Assembly: GCA_002010065.2 (NCBI GenBank)
Contig: MTMD02000008.1
Span: forward strand, 1-64,000
Direction of reading: 5' to 3'
DNA: 64,000 nucleotides
DNA from: Candidatus Pyrohabitans jungbluthii
GTDB lineage: Archaea > Hydrothermarchaeota > Hydrothermarchaeia > Hydrothermarchaeales > BMS3B
Positions 38,725 through 49,426 of this stretch are shown here, piece by piece; the stretch's first letter is position 1; each line of letters begins with the position of its first letter. The translations under genes were made by a program, and so were the position numbers. The notes beneath the pieces are model-generated. The model did no database searches. It saw only the letters and a list, made by a program, of their open reading frames with translations, and was not told where the DNA came from.

Positions 38725-40209
38725 ATGGAGGCTGTGCCGAAGAAGCTTGAGCATGATTTAGAAGAGGCGGCGGATTTTCTTCGAGATTATCTTGAGAGGG
38801 GGGGCGTTCCAAAGGTTGTCACCCATCATGATGCAGATGGGCTAAGCGCCGGGGCGATTGTTCACAGCGCCATTACCAAGGAGGGCTACCCCTGCCACAC
38901 ACGCTGTGTCAAGCAGCTTGAAGATAGGATTATTGCAGAACTAGCCGCAGAAAAGCCCGAGATGGTGATTTTCACGGACTTTGGCTCGGGACAGGTGGAT
39001 CTGATCCAGAAACATCTTAAAGATACCAAGGTGATTATCCTTGACCATCACCAGCCCAAGGAGGTTAAGGCTGAGATAGAGCACAACATCAACGCTCATA
39101 AATATGGCATCGACGGGGCGCGCGAAGTCAGTGGCTCGGGTATGGCGTACTTCTTTGCTCGCGCATTCTGCGATGGCTGTGAAGAGTTACCTGAAACCCA
39201 GTTCCGGGTGACGGAGCTTGCAGCACTTGCAATCGTGGGAGCGGTAGGCGACCTGCAGGATAACAGCGGCGCCTTCCACGGTCTGAACAGGCTGATAATT
39301 AAAGAAGGTGAAGCCGCTGGTGTGCTTCGCGTTGAGAAGGACCTCCGCCTCTTCGGCAGGCAGACGAGGCCGCTCTACAAGGCTATAGAATACACCACAG
39401 AGCCATTTATCCCCGGCTTAAGTGGAAGTGAGAGCGCGAGTTTGCAGTTTCTGAGTGAGCTCGACATACCTGTGAAGCGAGATGATCGCTTTGTAATGCT
39501 GGCTGATTTAACCCAGGAGGAGAGGCAGCGTCTGACAACGGCGCTGATATTGAAAATGATAGAGCACCGCGTACCACCGCGGATAGCTGAGAGCATTGTG
39601 GGCGAGGTTGTGACGCTGCTCAAAGAGGAGAAGCGCACACCCCTGCGCGATGCCAAGGAGTTTGCAACCCTGTTAAACGCCTGCGGGAAACACGAGCATT
39701 ATGGTATAGGCTTAGCGGTATGCTTGGGAGAAAGAGGCGAGCTATACCGCCGCTCCCTGGGCATGCTTCGGGAGCACCGTGAGTATTTGAGCACCTGCTA
39801 CAACTGGATAACCCAGAATCTGGACAAAATCAGAGACGAGGGCGCGGTGTATGCACTTCACGCGGGTGAGGAGATAGACGAGAACGTCATAGGCACCGTC
39901 GCCGGGATGGTGCTCAACTCCCGCATACTCAACCCCATAAAGCCCATAATCGCCTTTGCCGACGCCGAGGACGGCGAGGTCAAGGTCTCAGCGCGGGGAA
40001 ACCGCGAGCTTGTGGATAGTGGTCTCAATCTGGGCAAAGCGATGCTCTACGCCAGTGAGCTTGTCGCGGGAGAAGGCGGTGGCCATGACATCGCCGCTGG
40101 GGCAAAGATACCTAAAGGCAAGGAGGAAGAATTTTTAAAGCACGTGGAAGAAAAGATAAGGGAGCAGCTTGCCGTCCCGTCTCGCGAAGCGATAGGGGGA
40201 CGAAAGTAG
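38725..40209 (+). CDS. RecJ/Cdc45-like DHH phosphoesterase
   Basis: DADG, DFG, DHH, GGGH; conserved rps15-recJ-pcc1 context. Confidence 0.9.
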   Translation: MEAVPKKLEHDLEEAADFLRDYLERGGVPKVVTHHDADGLSAGAIVHSAITKEGYPCHTRCVKQLEDRIIAELAAEKPEMVIFTDFGSGQVDLIQKHLKDTKVIILDHHQPKEVKAEIEHNINAHKYGIDGAREVSGSGMAYFFARAFCDGCEELPETQFRVTELAALAIVGAVGDLQDNSGAFHGLNRLIIKEGEAAGVLRVEKDLRLFGRQTRPLYKAIEYTTEPFIPGLSGSESASLQFLSELDIPVKRDDRFVMLADLTQEERQRLTTALILKMIEHRVPPRIAESIVGEVVTLLKEEKRTPLRDAKEFATLLNACGKHEHYGIGLAVCLGERGELYRRSLGMLREHREYLSTCYNWITQNLDKIRDEGAVYALHAGEEIDENVIGTVAGMVLNSRILNPIKPIIAFADAEDGEVKVSARGNRELVDSGLNLGKAMLYASELVAGEGGGHDIAAGAKIPKGKEEEFLKHVEEKIREQLAVPSREAIGGRK

Positions 40210-40446
40210 ATGCACGCCCGAGCAGAGCTTGTGTTTCACTACGCCAGTGAGGAAGAGGCTTCACAAATAGCTTACCTCCTGGAGCTTGACAACCGCGTTG
40301 CCCCTAGAGGACTGAAGGTTAAAACTGAGCAGAAAGGTAAAGCGGTGGTAACCAATACGGAGCACACCAACGTAGGAACGCTCTTCGCAACCATAGATGA
40401 CCTGCTCTTCTGCGAGAAGCTTATAAGCGAGATACTGAGGCTGTAG
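40210..40446 (+). CDS. pcc1: KEOPS complex subunit Pcc1
   Basis: 78 aa, size and context between DHH gene and serS. Confidence 0.7.
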   Translation: MHARAELVFHYASEEEASQIAYLLELDNRVAPRGLKVKTEQKGKAVVTNTEHTNVGTLFATIDDLLFCEKLISEILRL

Positions 40447-40448
40447 TC

Positions 40449-41729
40449 ATGCTTGACATAAACCTTTTCAGGGAAAATCCGGAGGTAGTGAGGAAGGATT
40501 TAAGAAAACGCGGCGCCCACGACAAGCTGAAGCTGGTGGACGAGATTATAGCTCTCGATAAAGAGTGGCGCTCCTCGCTTACTCGCCTGAATGAGCTGCG
40601 CAGGCAGCGCAATGTGCTGAGCAGAGAGATTTCTCAACTTAAAGCTAAGGGTGAGGACATCTCAGCGAAGGTGGCTGAGATTAAACGCCTGCCTGAGGAG
40701 ATTAAAGAGCTTGAGGCACGCGTAGATGAGCTCGAGGCAAGGCTGCGCAGCCTGCTGATGCGCATGCCCAACCTGCTTCACGAGTCTGTGCCCGTAGGCG
40801 AGAGCGAGGAAGACAACGTGGTAGTGCGCACCTGGGGAGAGCCTCGCGAGTTCGACTTCCCGCCTAGAGACCACATTGACCTCGCGCTGCTCAACGACCT
40901 CTTCGACATAGAGCGCGCCGCCAAAGTTGCAGGCTCGAGATTCTACTACCTGAAGAACCAGCTGGTGAAGCTGAACTATGCGCTCATAAACTTTGCGCTG
41001 GATTTCCTTGCAGAGAAGGGCTTTACCCTACTCCAGCCGCCCTACATGCTGCGCCGCGCTGCTGAGGAGGCGGCTACCGACTTAGCTGATTTCGAGGATG
41101 TGATTTACAAGGTGGAGGGCGAGGATTTATATTTAATACCCACCTCTGAGCACGCGATTCTCGCTATGCACATGGACGAAATCCTCGACGGCAAAGCCTT
41201 GCCCCTGCGCTATGCCGGCATAAGCCCGTGCTTCAGGAAGGAAGCAGGTGCGCATGGCAGGGATACCAAAGGCATCTTCCGCGTGCATCAGTTTGAGAAG
41301 GTGGAGCAGTTTGTGTTCTCTCGCCCCGAGGAAAGCTGGGATGAGCATGAGCGTCTGCTCGCCAACGCCGAGGAAGTGTACCAGAAGCTGGGAATACCCT
41401 ACCGCGTGGTGAACATATGCACCGGCGACATTGGTACGGTAGCAGCCAAGAAGTACGACATCGAGGCTTGGCTTCCGGGACAGGGTAAGTACCGCGAGGT
41501 GGTGTCCTGCAGCAACTGCACAGATTACCAGGCGAGGCGTGCGAGAATACGCTTCCGTGACTCCCCAAGCGAGCCAACGCAGTATGTTCACACCCTCAAC
41601 AGCACCCTAATTGCTACTGAGCGCACCCTTGTGGCGATCCTTGAGAACTACCAGCGAGAGGATGGGAGTATAGAGGTGCCCAAGGTACTGGTACCCTACA
41701 CCGGCTTTGAAGAGATTAGGGTGGAGTAG
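40449..41729 (+). CDS. serS: Serine--tRNA ligase
   Basis: Coiled-coil N-terminus, PTSE, FRKEAG, RVHQF, EVVSCSNC, HTLN. Confidence 0.97.
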   Translation: MLDINLFRENPEVVRKDLRKRGAHDKLKLVDEIIALDKEWRSSLTRLNELRRQRNVLSREISQLKAKGEDISAKVAEIKRLPEEIKELEARVDELEARLRSLLMRMPNLLHESVPVGESEEDNVVVRTWGEPREFDFPPRDHIDLALLNDLFDIERAAKVAGSRFYYLKNQLVKLNYALINFALDFLAEKGFTLLQPPYMLRRAAEEAATDLADFEDVIYKVEGEDLYLIPTSEHAILAMHMDEILDGKALPLRYAGISPCFRKEAGAHGRDTKGIFRVHQFEKVEQFVFSRPEESWDEHERLLANAEEVYQKLGIPYRVVNICTGDIGTVAAKKYDIEAWLPGQGKYREVVSCSNCTDYQARRARIRFRDSPSEPTQYVHTLNSTLIATERTLVAILENYQREDGSIEVPKVLVPYTGFEEIRVE

Positions 41730-41785
41730 AATAGTTGTGTCGCCAGTGCTGATGCTGAAGTCTTTTGCCTGAATGCCGGAGCTTA

Positions 41786-42115
41786 TTATACCCACCAGTA
41801 CCGAAGTACAGCCACAAATAAAATGCCTAAAATCACAGTCCAGAACAGGCTTTTTGTACGCCAAGCAACCAGCAGGGTGGGCAGGGAGGCGACCAGAAAT
41901 TCATTGCTCAAAGAAAGCTCCAGCTTCCCATCTGGCATTAACAACGCTGGAAAGAGCAGTGCTGATAGAACTGCAACTGGAACATACCTCAGCCAAGCAA
42001 TCACTGCCTTGGGCAGTGAAAATTTTGCCAGCACCAGTAAGGGTAATGCCCTAGGGATATAGGTTACCAGGGCCATAAGTAATATTGTCAGTGCTATTCT
42101 TTGCTCGATTTCCAT
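41786..42115 (-). CDS. azlD: AzlD-family membrane protein
   Basis: TYIPRALP, LRYVPVAVL; adjacent to azlC. Confidence 0.85.
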   Translation of the reverse strand: MEIEQRIALTILLMALVTYIPRALPLLVLAKFSLPKAVIAWLRYVPVAVLSALLFPALLMPDGKLELSLSNEFLVASLPTLLVAWRTKSLFWTVILGILFVAVLRYWWV

Positions 42116-42810
42116 CTTTCCAGCATCACCCCCGATGTGGCTGCTATTACTGTGGCTCCTATTGTACTCCAGTGCCCAAAGCCAACAAGGTGCATAATAA
42201 CTGCCGCACCCCCTGCGAAAAGGCCCACCACCAGAAAGGTCTTGTTCTGCATCTGCATGAGTACCAATGCAATAAACATAGCAGGGAGGGCGAAGTCCAG
42301 TCCAAAGGTTTGTACATCTGTTATCAATTGCCCGGCTAAAGCCCCAAGAAAGCTCCCCGTTACCCAGCCTAAGTGGGCAGTACCATTTAGAGCAAAGGAT
42401 TCCATAAGTGGTGGCACAGCCTTTCTGAACTTGGTGCTATGTAAGGCGAAGGTTTCGTCTGTAATCTCATATCCAAACCAGGCCAGCTTCTTTTTAGACA
42501 CCCCTTTAAGATAGGGCACCAATGCGGCGCTCATGAGCAGGTGGCGCAGATTAACTATAAAGGTGGTGAGCACAATCGCAAGCATCCCTGCTCCTGCTCC
42601 AATCATCCCCACTGCTATAAGCTGAGCAGAACCAGCGAATACAAAAATCGACATGGCAGTTGCTTCAATTAAGCTCAGACCCACCTGCGATGCCAGTACG
42701 CCAAAGGCAAATCCTATGGGGAGGTAACCCAAGACGATGGGCGTGGCATCTTTAATGCCCCGTAGCACCGCAGCCTTGGGATCTGTGTTAGACAAAGACT
42801 GGAGATGCAT
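42094..42810 (-). CDS. azlC: AzlC-family amino acid exporter
   Basis: FAGSAQ, NLRHLL, TDETFA. Confidence 0.9.
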   Translation of the reverse strand: MHLQSLSNTDPKAAVLRGIKDATPIVLGYLPIGFAFGVLASQVGLSLIEATAMSIFVFAGSAQLIAVGMIGAGAGMLAIVLTTFIVNLRHLLMSAALVPYLKGVSKKKLAWFGYEITDETFALHSTKFRKAVPPLMESFALNGTAHLGWVTGSFLGALAGQLITDVQTFGLDFALPAMFIALVLMQMQNKTFLVVGLFAGGAAVIMHLVGFGHWSTIGATVIAATSGVMLERWKSSKE

Positions 42811-42884
42811 GGAGTTTACCTTCTGCGCTGCAATATACAAAAAATTTTCTGGCTTTATTTTTGTTCTTTTTTAAAACAGAACAG

Positions 42885-44039
42885 CTACCCATCCCACAGC
42901 GGCGAAATTTTCCGAAGCTTGGCAACAACGCCAGGGAACTTGCTGAGCACATACTCTATATCGCGCTTCGTGGTCTCTCTCCCCAAAGTGAATATCGCGC
43001 TGCACTGGGCGCGCTGCGATGGGTAGCCCATCGCGAGCAGAATCGGCGAAGCGCGGAGTACCTGAGAGATGCACGCGGTGCCATTGCCCATGTATATACC
43101 CTCAAAGCTCAGCGCCATCATTAACGCTTCGCCGTCTACGCTCTCTACGATAAAGCTTGCATGGTTGGGCAGCCTCTTCTCCGGGTGCCCCGTCAGCTCC
43201 ACCTTCTCAACTTCAAGCACGCCCTCTATCAGCTTGTCCCTCAACCAGCGAACCTTCTCCACCTTGTCGAGATGCCTTAGTGCAAGCTCTGCTGCCTTGC
43301 CGAAGCCAACTATGCCGGCGACATTCTCAGTGCCACCCCTGCGCCCCTCCTCCTGAATGCCGGAGTAGATAAGCGGGACTATGCGCAGCCCCTCACGAAG
43401 GTAGAGTGCTCCCACACCCTTGGGACCATACATGGTGTGGGCAGAGATCGAAAGAGCGTCCACGCCCAGCTCCTTAACATCTACAGGTATGTTCCCCGCC
43501 GCTGCCACGGCGTCGGTATGAACAAGAGCACCCTTCTCGTGGGCTATCTCGGCGATTTCCTTCACCGCCTGCAGCGTTCCAACTTCGTAATTGGCGAGCA
43601 TCACAGAAACAAGTGTGGTTCTATCGGTGATAGCACTTTCAAGCTTCTCAACACTCACCTCTCCATAGGAGTTGACTGGGAGAAAGGTTACCACGTAGCC
43701 CTCCTTCTGCAGGGAACGGAAAGCATTAAGCGTGGAGTGGTGCTCTATCTCAGAGGTTATAACGTGCATACCCTTATTCTGGTTCGCCTTTGCTAAGCCT
43801 CTAATTGCCAAGTTATTCGCCTCTGCCCCCGAAGAGGTAAATATGATCTCGTTGGGCGAGGCGTTTATCAGCCTTGCCACGCTCTCGCGAGCGCGCTCTA
43901 TCGCCTCCTTGGCTTCAGCTCCAAGGTCATACATCCTTGAAGGATTCCCAAAGCTATTCTCAAGGAAGGGCAGCATAGCTGCGAGTACTTCCCTGTCAAG
44001 AGGCGTTGTCGCCATATGGTCAAGATATACGCGAAACAT
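42885..44039 (-). CDS. IscS/NifS-like class V PLP protein lacking the Schiff-base lysine
   Basis: YLDHMATT, GNPS, EH, RGGTEN, GTAC; SAHTMYGPKG instead of SxHKxxGPKG. Confidence 0.85.
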   Translation of the reverse strand: MFRVYLDHMATTPLDREVLAAMLPFLENSFGNPSRMYDLGAEAKEAIERARESVARLINASPNEIIFTSSGAEANNLAIRGLAKANQNKGMHVITSEIEHHSTLNAFRSLQKEGYVVTFLPVNSYGEVSVEKLESAITDRTTLVSVMLANYEVGTLQAVKEIAEIAHEKGALVHTDAVAAAGNIPVDVKELGVDALSISAHTMYGPKGVGALYLREGLRIVPLIYSGIQEEGRRGGTENVAGIVGFGKAAELALRHLDKVEKVRWLRDKLIEGVLEVEKVELTGHPEKRLPNHASFIVESVDGEALMMALSFEGIYMGNGTACISQVLRASPILLAMGYPSQRAQCSAIFTLGRETTKRDIEYVLSKFPGVVAKLRKISPLWDG

Positions 44040-44040
44040 C

Positions 44041-44316
44041 TCAATCTACCGTTTTCTTTATGTAGAACTTGAAGAATTCTCCCGTGTCCTCAACACCTAT
44101 GAGTTCATTCCCCGTCTTTCTGCACCAGTCAGGTATATCAGCGAGCGCGCCCTCGTAGTCGGTCTGAAGCTCCAGTATCTGCCCCTTCTTAAGCTCCTTC
44201 ATGCGCTCTTCCAGGCGCATGAGGTGCATGGGGCACATGCGATAAACAACGTCCTCAACGGCGTCCGCCACGATGCCCTCGACGAACTTTATCTCTGGCT
44301 GCTTCTGCTCTGTCAT
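44041..44316 (-). CDS. tusA: TusA-family sulfur carrier
   Basis: D.....CPM, L..GQILE..TD....DIPDWC...GN. Confidence 0.82.
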   Translation of the reverse strand: MTEQKQPEIKFVEGIVADAVEDVVYRMCPMHLMRLEERMKELKKGQILELQTDYEGALADIPDWCRKTGNELIGVEDTGEFFKFYIKKTVD

Positions 44317-44360
44317 GTTTATGAAGTAGTACATTACCCTATTTTATCTTTTGCGTAATC

Positions 44361-44497
44361 TTACTCCACGCAGCACGACCTTAGCCACATGCAAGAGATG
44401 CTTTGTTGGCAGGCATCCAACGTTTATGCAGGTTCCGGCTAACCTTACAGCGGAGTTATTAACAGGCAGATCTCAGCCTCAAGCTCGTTTGCTTCAT
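44361..44497 (-). pseudogene. merA: Collapsed mercuric reductase relic
   Basis: 137 bp holding ATG coupled to the upstream stop, ANELEAEICL, GTCINVGCLPTKHLL and SCCVE* in shifted frames. Confidence 0.8.
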
Positions 44498-45186
44498 TTC
44501 TTTTCCTCTTCTACACCCCTCGCACCGTAGCCAGCATCTCTCACAGCTTTAACGAACTTCTCCAAGCTTTCTTCCTCAGGTATTAGCATTTCAGCCTTTC
44601 CTTCGCTTAAGGAGACTTTCACATTTGTCGCCCCGGTGCTCTCCAGTGCGCCCTGAACAACGCCCACGCAGCCCTGGCAAGTCATTCCAGTAATCTCAAG
44701 CACAAGCCTTCTCAACTTCTGCTCCTTTGCCGCCTTCTTCTGCGCAGGCTTCACATTCGCCTCCCTGAGGTAGGAGTTTATTATGTCCTTCAGGTACCAC
44801 TCACAGCACCTTCCAGAGGGATTTGTGGTAATGCACCACTTGCCTTTGCCTGCGCCTGTTACCTCCTGCACTTCTTCTATGCTCGAGCAGCACCCCTCCT
44901 CGAGTATTGCCTTTCTCAGCATTTCATCTGTAACTCTATTGCAGTAGCACAGAGGCCTTGGCTCTGAATCTTCTTTAATCCCAACCCTGGTCTTAACCTC
45001 TGCCTTGGTGAGGTAGACCCCCGAGATGTTGTTGAAATACACCACATCGCATTCGCGGGAGGGGCAGAAGTAGAAATTCTCGTCTATCTTGCTCCAGTGC
45101 TCCTCCTTGACATGCACTCCCAGAGTTAGAGGCACAACCTTCATTCCCTCGCTACCGCAGTGTCTGCACACCTTTTCAGAACTCAT
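44494..45186 (-). CDS. Metal chaperone with Cys-rich Zn/[2Fe-2S] N-terminal domain and HMA domain (A. fulgidus CopZ-like)
   Basis: CxxC, FC....C.VVYF, LCYC, C...NPSG.CC, GMTCQGC. Confidence 0.85.
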   Translation of the reverse strand: MSSEKVCRHCGSEGMKVVPLTLGVHVKEEHWSKIDENFYFCPSRECDVVYFNNISGVYLTKAEVKTRVGIKEDSEPRPLCYCNRVTDEMLRKAILEEGCCSSIEEVQEVTGAGKGKWCITTNPSGRCCEWYLKDIINSYLREANVKPAQKKAAKEQKLRRLVLEITGMTCQGCVGVVQGALESTGATNVKVSLSEGKAEMLIPEEESLEKFVKAVRDAGYGARGVEEEKK

Positions 45187-45235
45187 GCTCTTATCCCCTT
45201 TTCAGATTGCCAGTTCATCTGCTTATGCTTCATGC

Positions 45236-45571
45236 TCATTCAACCATCACTTTAGCTATACCCTCCTCTCTCAGAATACCGCACTCCCTTAGCCAGGATT
45301 CGTAAAGCTGAATGTGGTTTTTAATCTTTGAAATCAGCTCTTTTATCTCGCCGTTGAGCCGGTATATCCGCCTCTTGCCGCGCCGCTCCACCTCCACAAA
45401 ACCGCAGTTTAGAAGACATCTCAAGTTGTGGGAAACTCTGCTCTGCTCATATCCCAGAGCGTCGCACAGCTCCAGCACAGACATCTCCCTTTCCATAAGC
45501 AGCATCACTATGTCAAAGCGCGTACGATTGGAGAGGACCCTTGCGAACAGTTTAAATGATTCATACATCAT
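45236..45571 (-). CDS. ArsR/SmtB-family regulator
   Basis: L.NRTRFDI, EQSRVSHNL.CL..CG.V..ER.G HTH; Cys residues. Confidence 0.88.
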   Translation of the reverse strand: MMYESFKLFARVLSNRTRFDIVMLLMEREMSVLELCDALGYEQSRVSHNLRCLLNCGFVEVERRGKRRIYRLNGEIKELISKIKNHIQLYESWLRECGILREEGIAKVMVE

Positions 45572-45589
45572 ATGACGCATTTATCATAT
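45570..45589. promoter_or_regulatory. Putative ArsR operator
   Basis: ATATGA-N8-TCATAT inverted repeat at the arsR start. Confidence 0.55.
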
Positions 45590-45658
45590 ATAGTACATAA
45601 AGTTTACCCTTTCCAGAATGATTAACACCGCAACGCTCAGCTTTCAATTTGCAGTTTA

Positions 45659-46702
45659 TCAATGAATGTTCCTGTTCTCATAGCCTATTCCACGGGTGCT
45701 TATGTGGAATAGTCCGCGCTCTTCTCTAATCTCAAACCGCGTGCCAAGAATCTGCTCCGTCACAAAAATGTTGGTCTTAAGGTGTCCCGTTAACTCTCTT
45801 ACGGTAAACGCTGACCTTCCCTCGGCAAGGGCGAGGAATGGCACAAGCTGGTCAGCGAGGTGAGTATCCACGCATGCACCGCTTTCAATCTCTACCAAAA
45901 GCGCTCTGGCAGCTTCTTCTCCTACCTGCTCCGCAGGCTTGCCACGCTCACCAAGAGCGCTTGCTCCAAGACGGGTGTTCTCGTACATCGCCCAGAGCGC
46001 TATGCCAGTGCCCGTAGAGAAGTCCCGCCTCTCCTCGAGGGCGATTTCGGGGTTGTACTCTGCAAGAAGCTCGCTCGCGGCCTTCGCCTCGCGCTCAATC
46101 ACATGCCTTGGCAGGTTGCTTGCATGGGCTATGCCCCTAACTCCTAGAAACTTCCCCCGCTGGAGCAGTGCCATGCCTTTAAGCTTTTTAACCGGCTTTA
46201 CCTTAACCTTCACCTTCCCTCCACCCTTGGGGTAGTATCCCCTTGCAAGAATCTCAACTTCTGCGCTGAAGCCGAGCTTCGCCACCACCGGCAGGAGCAC
46301 ATGTTTGACGAAGTCTATTGGCGGAGACCACCTCACGTTAGTGCCCCCTTTAATTTCAAGCAGAACCTCACTTTTGGCAAATGCACATGGCAGAAGCAGC
46401 ACCTGCAGAATGAGGGAGACGCTACCTGCGGTGCCTATATCGATGCGTAGCCTCTGAGGTGTTATCTCCCCGGGCTCAAAGTAAACGCGGGTTGACCCAA
46501 CCTCTGCGCCCTCTACGCGGGCGTTGCACAGCCTTGCCAGAGCCTTTATTCCATGCATGTGCTGCGTTGCCAATCCGGGCTTTGGTCTATTTGCGCGGAT
46601 GTTTACAACCTCTACTGCCCTGCCGGTTATTGCGCTAAGCGCGAGCGCCGTACGGAGCACCTGTCCGCCGCCCTCGCCGTAGCTGCCGTCTATGCGAAGC
46701 AT
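45659..46702 (-). CDS. rtcA: RNA 3'-terminal phosphate cyclase
   Basis: DGSYGEGGGQ.LR, IRANRPKPGL..QH, GYYPKGGG, HLADQL, TGH..TN. Confidence 0.95.
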   Translation of the reverse strand: MLRIDGSYGEGGGQVLRTALALSAITGRAVEVVNIRANRPKPGLATQHMHGIKALARLCNARVEGAEVGSTRVYFEPGEITPQRLRIDIGTAGSVSLILQVLLLPCAFAKSEVLLEIKGGTNVRWSPPIDFVKHVLLPVVAKLGFSAEVEILARGYYPKGGGKVKVKVKPVKKLKGMALLQRGKFLGVRGIAHASNLPRHVIEREAKAASELLAEYNPEIALEERRDFSTGTGIALWAMYENTRLGASALGERGKPAEQVGEEAARALLVEIESGACVDTHLADQLVPFLALAEGRSAFTVRELTGHLKTNIFVTEQILGTRFEIREERGLFHISTRGIGYENRNIH

Positions 46703-46757
46703 GATAATTACTGAGCGTGTGAGGTTTATAAAGTGTTGCAGTGACTTTGAGGGTGAA

Positions 46758-46792
46758 TATGAAGATTTCATAATTTTTATGAAACTTTCTTA
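46758..46792. promoter_or_regulatory. Tandem palindromic sites upstream of amt promoter
   Basis: TATGAA-GAT-TTCATA (46758-72) and TATGAA-ACT-TTCTTA (46778-92); TTATAAA at 46820. Confidence 0.5.
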
Positions 46793-46883
46793 TATTTTCT
46801 TAATTTTTCTCAAAAACTCTTATAAATTCATATTTTAACCAATCTCTGAAACTTCTACTCACAAGTAAAAGGAGGTAGTTATA

Positions 46884-48487
<1,604 letters not shown>

Positions 48488-48654
48488 CCCTCTACCAGGT
48501 GAATCATAACACTGCTCCTCGCTCCCTCTTTTATATTCCCTCTGCTAACCGTGCTGTGGCACTCGCCATTGTTGACAGGCCACCAGGCTGTGCGCAAGTT
48601 TTTTATCTGCAGGTAATACAAAGTAGAGTAGCCGGAGGTATCGCTCTGCAAAAT

Positions 48655-49215
48655 ATGACAAGCGCTAGGTTGGGGAAGAGGCTTACAATATTAGTCTTTA
48701 TGTTCATTCTGTTCGCAGGCTGCGCTTCTCAGCCCCATCTGGAAGAGCCCAAGACCCTTGATGTAAAGCCTGTGGTGGATTACTACTTCTTGGCTGAGTA
48801 TACCGGAAATTCAGGTGAAGGCTTTTATGTTGTAGCCGGGGATGTGAAGGAGGTTAAGGGCGCGCTGATGGAAATCCTCGCCGGGAAGGCGCCGAGGACA
48901 ACTTTTTCTGAGGATGAGAGTCTCAACCTCGTGGTGTTCCGTGGTGTTTTCAGCACAGGCGGCCACGGAATAAAGATAAACAGAGTGGAAAGGGTGGGTA
49001 ACACCTTTATCGTCCACGCCACCTTCACAGATCCTGGTAAGGGGACGATTGTAACGCAGGCCTTCACCCAGCCGACGGCGGTTATCCCACTTGGGAAGCT
49101 GCCAGCAGGTGGTTACTCTGCAGAACTGTATGTGAATAAGGTTGTATCTGGAGAGGGTAAGGAGGTAATAGAGGAAGAAAAATTGCATAAGCGCATTGAA
49201 TTTGTAGTAGAATAA
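48655..49215 (+). CDS. Lipoprotein with PrcB C-terminal-like domain
   Basis: FAGC lipobox; G...TGGHGI.I..V and VTQAFT.P motifs. Confidence 0.7.
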   Translation: MTSARLGKRLTILVFMFILFAGCASQPHLEEPKTLDVKPVVDYYFLAEYTGNSGEGFYVVAGDVKEVKGALMEILAGKAPRTTFSEDESLNLVVFRGVFSTGGHGIKINRVERVGNTFIVHATFTDPGKGTIVTQAFTQPTAVIPLGKLPAGGYSAELYVNKVVSGEGKEVIEEEKLHKRIEFVVE

Positions 49216-49321
49216 ATTTTCTGGGAAGGGGGCATTGTCGATGGAAACCAGTGTAAAATATGCTAGAAATAAATTGGTTACGTTTCATGTTCAGGGACGA
49301 GTAAGAGTATCAAAAATATAA

Positions 49322-49387
49322 GAAGATGGAAATGAGATTATGGAGGAGAGCGATGAGCATGCGATCATTGCTTTCACAGTTAAATAG
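49322..49387 (+). pseudogene. 3' remnant of a paralog of the PrcB-like gene
   Basis: GNEIMEESDEHAIIAFTVK* aligns ungapped with GKEVIEEEKLHKRIEFVVE* (8/19 identical, stop in register). Confidence 0.45.
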
Positions 49388-49426
49388 CTTAATCCTGCTA
49401 ATTCTAATAGAGAGTGGTGATTAGCA

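Noticed and set aside
45190-45240. TGA/CTGA motifs between arsR and the chaperone gene
   Set aside because: No proper RTGATGA box
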